DNA of 41,010 nt from Atractiella rhizophila (Eukaryota). The notes under the pieces are model-generated. The model had not been told where the DNA came from. It worked only from the letters and a program-made list of their open reading frames with translations, and searched no databases. The position numbers and the translations under genes were made by a program. The stretch lies in contig MU271592.1 in assembly GCA_021432655.1 (NCBI GenBank), positions 1-41,010 of the forward strand, given 5' to 3'. Of this stretch, positions 33,177 through 41,010 are shown one piece after another. Positions within the stretch are counted from its first letter, which is position 1; the number at the start of each line of letters is the position of its first letter.

Positions 33177-36100
33177 ATGCCCTCGGTGCTCAACACGCTC
33201 TTCAGCGTGCCCTCTCAGAAATATTCCATCCCGCTCTACGACCCTGACCACCCGTCTCCCAGCCTAGCCTACCACCAATCCGTCAGTCGCTCACGCTCGA
33301 CTAAGTCAACACGATCGAGGACATCAAGTCTTCTTTCGAACACTGGGATTGGGAAGGATTGGAGGGAGGAGCCAACACTGCCGAATGCCGAGTCGTTGAG
33401 GCTGAGGAATGAGGATGTGCTGGGAGTGGGTTATTCTGGGAATGGGAACGGCCATGTCAGGCAGAGGACGGTGAGTCTAGGGAGCGTCAAGACGGTGAAG
33501 AGCGCTCCTGGCTCTGTAAAGAGGGAGGGAAAGAAGAGCTCGTCGAATCGCACCAGCTTCTTGAGCTCGGGAAGCGACATGTTCATCCCTCCGCCCATCC
33601 CTCCCGTTCCCAAAGGGTATGAGTCGACCACCTCTTCATCCGCGGGACACCCCTCTGTTATCACACCCTCCGCTAAAAGGCATTCCACTCTCGACTTCGA
33701 TAGGAGGCGAGCAACCCCATCTCCCACCCACTCCTCCTTTTCCTCTACTTCGGCTCCCGCTCATTCGCATTCTCGTTCCCATTCTCAAAGCACGAATCAT
33801 TCCCAGAGCACGAGCAATGCACGCAGAGGCTACAGCAGGGACGACTACTCCGCCGCATCCAGCATTTCTGCCGCGAGCTCGAGCACCGGAAAGGTGTCGT
33901 GGAGCAAACGTTTGACTGGTGCGCCGTCGAGAAAATATGCCACTTCCGAGCCGGAGGTTCTACAGGTGGATGTTACCCGAGTGAGAAAAGGGAGGAAGGG
34001 GAAGGAGCGCGAGAGCGTGGCATGGCCGGGAGAAGAATATGAGAGCTTAGATGGACATGCCGCGACACGTTGGTTAGATGATGGCGAGGGGGAGAGGAAG
34101 AGGAAGAAGTCGAAACGGAAGTCTACTAAATCTGTATGCATTTCTGTGTAATGCTGCCTTGATGTCTTGTCTAATGAGATGACGGAACATAGGTCTCGAA
34201 AGCCCTACCTCCCGAGCCGCCACTACCACAATCATCCTCAGCGAAGACCATCACTCGCACTTCCGCAGAGGCAGCACCAGTCACATCTCCCTCCGCCATC
34301 CCTGGGCCTGCACTACCTCCAGAACGTCCGGAACCCCCCGCAACGGAGATGGAGCTCAAGATCCTGCGAGCGCTTACGCGGACGGGGTTGTTGGACCAAG
34401 TGCTGGAAGCGGTAAAGGAAGAAGAAAGCGAGGCAGACCGGACTTCGAAGCTCCCTCCTTCCCCACCTGTTGTCACTCCATCACTGGTCAAGGAGTCGCC
34501 GGATGTTGTCCCGCCGCCTGCATGGCTCGTACCGGCTTCCAGCACTCCTGCGGTGCCAGCGGTGGATGTACAGAACGAGATCCCTCAAATAGAGGAAGCT
34601 ATAGTCGCTATGGAAGAGCCTATCATGAAACCTAAGATAGATCTCGTTCCATCACGACCGATGAAAGAAGGAACCCATGTGCACCTGTCCTCCCTCAGTT
34701 TCTCCCTTCCTCGATCCCTCGCAGGCACAATCTCAGTGCTCAATATCTTCTTCGAAAAGTCTGTTGTGCTGCTTTATTCCTTTGACGGATGGAAAACCAA
34801 TGGAACACTTGAGGGAAGGTGGCAGAAGTCTGCAGAGGATGGCAAGTTGGACGTGTTCGGCTTCAGTGGGGAGGTTGAGGAGGAAGGAGAGGTCGAGCTC
34901 AAGGCGGTTTTTAAGGCCAATGGTGAGGAGTGGATGGATGACGACGGACTTGTCTTCTGGATCGGAGATGTGGGAGGAAGCGAAAAGGGGAAGAAGAAAG
35001 CCCAAGAAATGGAAGTGCCGAAAGAGGAGGAGAAGAAGGACGGGAACACGCTCAAGATCCCACGCCTCAAGCTGACAAGGACGAAATCGGATCAAGAGCG
35101 GTTAGGTCTCGTAGAAGACGAACTGATACCTAATACCCCTCCAATGCCTGCACCGGCATTGGCGACGACCATCGATTCTCCAACCCGTACAGAGGAGCCT
35201 TCCCCAGTACCACCCCCTCGGGCTCGAACGAATCCCATCCCGCCTCCACAACCAGTGTTCCCAGCACCCGTTCGTGAACTCTCTTATCCACCACCGACAT
35301 CCGAGGCTAAACACGATCGGCCCTCCAGCGTGGAACTCCACCAACCAGCACCACTCCGCCCTTCAGCGAATCCCAAAGACCAAAACAACGAGCACGTACG
35401 CCAATCGGTATTACTGCGAAACCACAGTTCCTCTCCTCGAGGTTCGATAGAGACGACGACGGATTCGGTCTTCACTCGCTTCGGGAACGGGAACGCTCCC
35501 TCTGGGTTGACCAGCTTGAGCACAACAGTGGAAAATCTTCCTCCCGCCAATTTAAAGAGGCTTGGACCGGGAGGGAATATCGGTAGAAGGGCTCAGAGTG
35601 TCTTCAGCGAAGATGGAGCTGCACCGTCGCTCTCCAACTTCTCGACAATGACAGCGCCGACTGGGATGTATCGGGCGCCGAAAAATCGGAGTCGAGCGTC
35701 GTTCCTTGGCCAAGACTTACAACATGAATCAACCACAATTGGAACGATCAGTGTGTGCGCCAATGTCCTCCTTCGCCCTTCACTCCTCCAGCGTCTCACC
35801 AATTCAACGCCCAAACGCTTAGCTACTAAACTTATCGATCCTTCCCGTGTACTCGGTTACGGATCCCTGAACCGCCCTCCCAAAAAGTTGGGAGCAGATC
35901 AGATCCTCGTGCAGGTTTGGGCTGTGGGAATCAACTCTTTGGACATCGATATTGCGCGGCAAGTGATAGGGAAAGGGGACGCGTTCGGCTGGATCCCTGG
36001 CCGGAGCTTTATTGGGAGGGCAATCGAACACGGCTATGAAGTTGGGCATGCGAGGAGAGGAGAGGTCGTCATGGGTTTGATGGATCAGAACAAGTCTGGA

Positions 36101-36883
36101 GCGTGCGCGGAGCTCATCATCGTCGATGGTGACCGTGTTGCTCCTGCTCCTGAGGTCAGATTGAACACAGAGGAGATTGCTTTGCTCCCTCTTTACGGAG
36201 TCCCTGCATTTCAAATCGCCATTTCCCTGAGCACTAATTTGCCAAATGGATCAAAGGTCAGAGCAGACCTTTTCGATTCTCCATTCGAATGTATACTGAC
36301 AATACGCTAGATCCTCATCCTCAATGCTCATCAGGGAATTGGTTTCCTCACCCTCCAACTCCTTCGAACAATGCGGTCTGGTGTCCTCTGGATAACCGCT
36401 CAAGCGCCATCACATACTGGCGAATCGCTCGAGTTCCTTCATGCCGTAGGCTCCGACCTCTCTCTAAACCAGCCTCTCGATGCCATCGCTCTCATCCCAG
36501 ATTCTTCCTTCGACGTCGTCATCGACACTGTCGGTGGAGCTGACGTATACCATGCCTCCAGACGAATCTTACATGGAGATGGAGGGAGCTTCATTACGAC
36601 GGTTGGGGATTCAACAGAGCTCCCTACGGTCGGGGCTCAATGGAGGACTGGTGTCAAGAGCTGGAAGAGCCGGTTTTTCAAAAAGGACAATAAGCGGATT
36701 TCCTATTGGTGCGTAAGGATGGATGAGAGGGACGATTGTAAGGAGTCCTTAGTGGAATTGAGGAACCTAGCAGTAAAAGGTGAAATCAAGCCTCCTGTTG
36801 GTCGTGTGGTTCAGTTTGAAAGAGGTGAGACCGCCTTTTCAGATGACATGGCAGACAATGGGGTTGTTATTCGACTTGTTTGA
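33177..36883 (+). CDS. Large protein: low-complexity N-terminus, CBM21-like domain, C-terminal MDR/enoyl-reductase-fold (Ast1/Yim1-like) domain
   Basis: Three ORFs join in frame through introns ~34134-34192 and 36258-36310. CBM21-like GTISVLNIFFEKSVVLLYSFDGWKT...DVFGF...NGEEWMDD; MDR-like ILVQVWAVGINSLD, WIPGRSFIGR, SGACAE, K|ILILNAHQGIG, FDVVIDTVGG. Confidence 0.85.
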
Positions 36884-37281
36884 AGTTTGTCGCGAATGGA
36901 CTTTTAGTTGTGAATGAACTTGGGTTAGCTTTTGGGTGCATTTGTGAAATTTTCTGCTCATCATCGCAATCTTTTTATTCCTCACTCGAGAGAAGCTAAA
37001 CATCTCTTAATATTTGATCCTTGCATAGATTCCTTCAGACAACATCAATGATATTGTTCTTGTATACTGACATACAACGGCCATCGGCTTGCCCGAAATT
37101 CCCTGTTGCCCTGAGTTGCGAAAAAACTCTTCAAGTGATAACCATAATTAAGGAATGGTCCTGGCAAGATGCGCAGCAGAGCTCAAAGCGCTTTAACCTT
37201 CCAATTTACAGGAAGATTTCAACTTGTTTTAGTTGTTTGTGACCTAACTTCGCTCCAGGGAATCATTTCGTATCTTTGAGA

Positions 37282-38265
37282 ATGAGTAAAGAAGGTTAGT
37301 CCTTCTCCCTAATTCGCTAGGACTGACAGTATGCGTCAGCCAAAGCGTTGCCACCGCTATCCCCTTTCTTTAACACAGGTTCGTCTTTAGTTGTGTGCTC
37401 TGTAGTTGCCATTGCTGATGTGATCGCAACACCATAGGGACACCTGTATCTAGTCCTACAGCTCATCAAGGTCGTCAACGGACTCATGAGCACTCAGTCG
37501 GGAGTTGGCCGACGCACGTTTATGCAGACGGTCAGCAGGCTCATTCTTCCTTTGAACTAGACCAACATTGCATAGTGGACCTGTCCATGTCGTTTCTACG
37601 ATTAACAAAGTCTCTAACGGAAGGCGCTAAGAATCTGCTGTCAGCAGACACAGCCATTCATTCATTGCTTCCCCCCCTCTCAGACCACATCCACCTCTCT
37701 TTGTCCAGGCCGCTGATGCTGAGCACCAATTCGAAGAAAGACTTTGTCAACCAGTTGAGGTTGAGAGCGCAAGATCACGACCGGTTCGTCATCTCAAGGG
37801 CTCTCACGTTTATCTGTGCTCATGTAATCTCCATAGCTTTGAAATCGCTTTTGATTCTTTGGCTGTTTTGACAAATGACGACAATACCCGACATTTCCTC
37901 GTCCTGGAGATAAATGAAGGGGCTTCACTCGTACGCATTTCCCCTCAGTTATTAATGCACTGAGGTCCTCCTGAACCGTGATTGACACATAGCTCCGAAA
38001 CCTCGTTTCCTCAATAGACAACCTCTGTGTCACCCACCGCCTTCCTCCTTACTATGCTGAACCGCGCTTCCACATCTCACTCATTTGGTGGCTTCCTTCA
38101 CCCGAGCTTGACCAAAAGGAAGGATGGAAGGAAGAATTGGAAAAAAAACTTGAGCAAACATTTGGGGATGAAATCAGAAGAATTGCGCCATGTGAAGTCA
38201 AGGCAGTAGAATGTAAAATAGGGCAAGAGGTCATCAATATTCAGTTAAGGGACTCATTTACATGA
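37282..38265 (+). CDS. USB1: U6 snRNA 3' phosphodiesterase Usb1/Mpn1 (2H family)
   Basis: Six exons: HQGRQRTHEHSVGSWPTHVY, first HxS HIHLSLSRP, NDDNTRHFL, second HxS YYAEPRFHISLIW, VECKIG...DSFT*. Largely missed by the ORF track. Confidence 0.92.
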
Positions 38266-38609
38266 ACAACGATTTGAATCTGCATCCTCCCACCAAAAAT
38301 TGTCATTCTCAAAGTGTAAAGGATTTATTCTTCCTCCTCCTGTCATTGCACAAACAGCATTAATAGCAGAGCGCCTCTCAATAGGTGAGTTAATGTCAGG
38401 TTTGCATGTCGTGCAAATTGGTACTTGTTCGCCTATTTGCGCTCACATCACTACTTGGCTGATTGTGTCTCCTCTCCTCGTATCAACCCTACATAATCCC
38501 ACTGTTGCTTCCTCCTTTGGTTCTCTTGCATATTTCGTGTAGTCTCTTCTACACTTAGTGGCAGTGCTATTCCACTTGTATATAGAATGGAGAGTCGTGG
38601 AGTTGACCC

Positions 38610-39489
38610 CAGAGTATTCTCGTAGGTATATCTCCACTACAGGCTAGTCTTCCCATGTCACATTATGCCCTTAGGTTTATTGCTGATCAGTTACTGAACA
38701 TAGTGGTAGACATTTGCGCATTCTCATTTCTCACATCCTACAGCATTTTGGTCTTGTGAAATTTCCCTCTCTCTTTCCTCTTCTATTGCTTGATAATTGG
38801 CCCAATGAATGGCAATGGGCTACAGTGATATTTTCTCACAAATCTGCAAGACCCCTGCAGTGCAAGTCCCACTGCTTTTGTGGCTTACGTTTGCAGGTAA
38901 AGTTGTTTCTCTTAAGTATGAATTAACTCACCGCTTTTGTGGCTCACATTTGCAGTGCTTGCAGATCAGTGCCTGCTCTTACAGATAAGGCAGCTTGAGC
39001 TGCAAGACAGAACATTTGATCACAACCGGAGAAGCGGTGTGAACATGAGCGAGGTGTAGAAGACCAGGTTTGTGAGCAAGAAAACGGCTGCAGAGGGCAG
39101 GTGAGCTGTAGCCGGCGCTGGAGTGATGGAGCGTTATCACCTGGTGGAACGGGAACAGGAGCATGACAGTTGCCAACAAGAGGCACGAGGGGATAGACAG
39201 TCTGTGCCCAGAAAGATATCGGTGCCAATGGAATTATGGAATCGATAGAGGGAATCACTAGTACTGCTCAGTATATCTTATTTCCGAGTATTCTCTTTAT
39301 TGCTTTCCTGATCTAGCTATCTTACATGTTTCAAGAAACATATGTTACAGTTTACGGCATTGCTTTTACATATGTATATATACATCGAGATGTAGTGGTG
39401 GTGCCTGGAGAGTATTCTCTTAGGCTTACCTCCACTACAGGTTAGTCTTCTCATGCCATACTATTCACTTAGGTTTACCTCCACTACAG
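38610..39489. repeat. Short degenerate direct repeats, probably mobile-element relic
   Basis: AGAGTATTCTC..TAGG...CTCCACTACAGG.TAGTCTTC.CATG.CA...CTTAGGTTTA occurs at ~38610-38679 and ~39409-39477. TAGG.TTACCTCCACTACAG is repeated at 39421 and 39470. GCTTTTGTGGCT...TTTGCAG occurs twice in ~38870-38955. Confidence 0.55.
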
Positions 39490-40249
39490 ACGCATCGCCC
39501 GTCGGCAACCGCACATAGTGTTTGCCCTAACACTTCCTTGCCTTAACAAGCTGGAACCAATTGGCAGGCAAGATTATTCACATTGGATCCACAAGCTACT
39601 GGAAATTTGTTGAGAGAGGGACAGAAATCCCTGTCTATGAGCTGGAAATACCTTATGGCGTGTATCAATACCAATGGGTCGTAATTTACACTGAAGATTG
39701 TATACGGCTCTTGCACATCTCTCTTCCCAGTTTGTTCACATTGTGCCAAAGGAAATGCTTTACAAAAATGCATCATTACTGGTACCAAACACGCTCACAC
39801 TACAGACACAACTACGACAGCTTCTGGCTGTCCCATGCGCAAGGTTGTATCCAATTCACAAGCAAGACGTACCACTACCACACGTGTTTGATGATGGTAT
39901 GAGCCACCCTCCACAACTCAATTTATCAATTTCTCACAAGTTCAAACACCAAAGTTTGACGTTCGATTGAGTAAAGCCACAAAAGCAAGAAAGGATATGG
40001 AAGAGGAAATGTATCCAATTAATTAGGTCCTTATGTCATGTCAAGTGGAACATACAGCAAGCTGCAAACTTTGAGCGAAGAATATTATTTTGGGCAATAG
40101 CTTCTGTAGTTACTCATGAGCAAGGCAATTATCGGCATACAGCCATGACGAGAAGCTGATAAAAGAAGAACACCCATGCTATAACAACGAGAAAGGAAAG
40201 AACGACTCTATAACTCCTTCCTCTATCTCTCTCAACAGGTGTCCACCCT

Positions 40250-40880
40250 ATCCTTTCTCCTCCTTACCTCGCATTAGCCGAACCCTCTCGCTACGAGTTG
40301 TAAGGCTTTCCTTCTTAAAGTACTTTCCATCAGGATGATTGAACTTGGCTTACGCGCAACAGGTTGGCAATTGGGCTAGTCTGTTGAAACTGCCAACCTT
40401 CCAAGCGGTCGTTTTCGGTGGGTGGCCATCCGATAGCGAAAGAATTGTGTTCCCTCTGGAGGCAGTTTCAGGAACTGACTTTGCGTTGGCAGGTTGAAGT
40501 TGTCACAAGTAAACTGAGGGCAGCCCTTCTCATTGTCAGCATCCGTCCCTATTGCAAGTTCCGGCGGTGTGGGCGCGTCTTTCGACGATTTGGACGCGTC
40601 CTTCAACTTTGCGGTGGCTATCAGAGGCTTTTTCAGGGACTTGGGAGGTGTGGAGTCGGCAGATACAGGAGGAGAAGGGCATTTCGAACGGTTCACGGTA
40701 TCTTTCATACTCTACCACAGAAGGGAGAGGCTCATCTTCTTCGTCATCCACGTAAATTAATTTTAGTGTGTGTGGTCGGGGTGGACGGAAGTGGGTAAGG
40801 AGAGCCACATTGTTGAAGAGTTGTGGGAGTCGGCGTAACTTAGCCTGTATGGACAGTTCATAAGACAGAGTCATCAATGG
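40250..40880 (-). pseudogene. Degenerate coding-like remnant of unknown origin
   Basis: Overlapping ORFs 40536-40877 and 40376-40708 read like one frameshifted protein. No family recognised. Confidence 0.25.
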
Positions 40881-41010
40881 TCAGTGCGTGAAACACGGCA
40901 ATAGATTCCTCCAGATAAGTTCATGAGACGATCCCTGAGCTATCCAAAATCTCACGCCGTTTTCACTTTCCTTTTCAAGATTTTTCAAAGCCTGAACGAT
41001 ATTGGACACC

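Noticed and set aside
21893..38265. Co-location of RNA-metabolism genes (POP1, RPL18, TRA2, USB1) as a functional cluster
   Set aside because: Interspersed with unrelated genes and compatible with chance in a compact genome; no shared motif seen.

Overview
Intron-rich eukaryotic DNA that looks fungal and probably basidiomycete (inferred from ~50-60 nt GT/GC-AG introns and the gene families present). It contains two N gaps (3699-4193, 19740-20067). Gene models were spliced by eye, so boundaries are approximate. In order: DUF7918-like protein (-); Zn-finger+LysM protein (+) preceded by a truncated copy of its own 5' end; small secreted Cys-rich protein (-); membrane-bound hybrid histidine kinase (+); YSA1/NUDT5-type Nudix hydrolase (-); DHA2-type MFS transporter present as three pieces from a tandem duplication, whose junction left a Nudix::POP1 chimeric relic; POP1 (-); cytochrome-b5/acyl-CoA dehydrogenase (+); divergent, possibly CIA30-like membrane protein (-); RPL18 (-); Tra2-like SR protein (+); large CBM21 + MDR-fold fusion protein (+); USB1 (+); then degenerate sequence. 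The most notable signals are an apparent one-nucleotide exon in the MFS gene, the CBM21/RVxF/MDR fusion, unusually long or structured introns in YSA1, POP1 and RPL18, and the duplication junction. Several single-base homopolymer frameshifts are probably sequencing errors. No CRISPR array, tRNA or rRNA was seen, and no multi-gene novel system is clearly supported.
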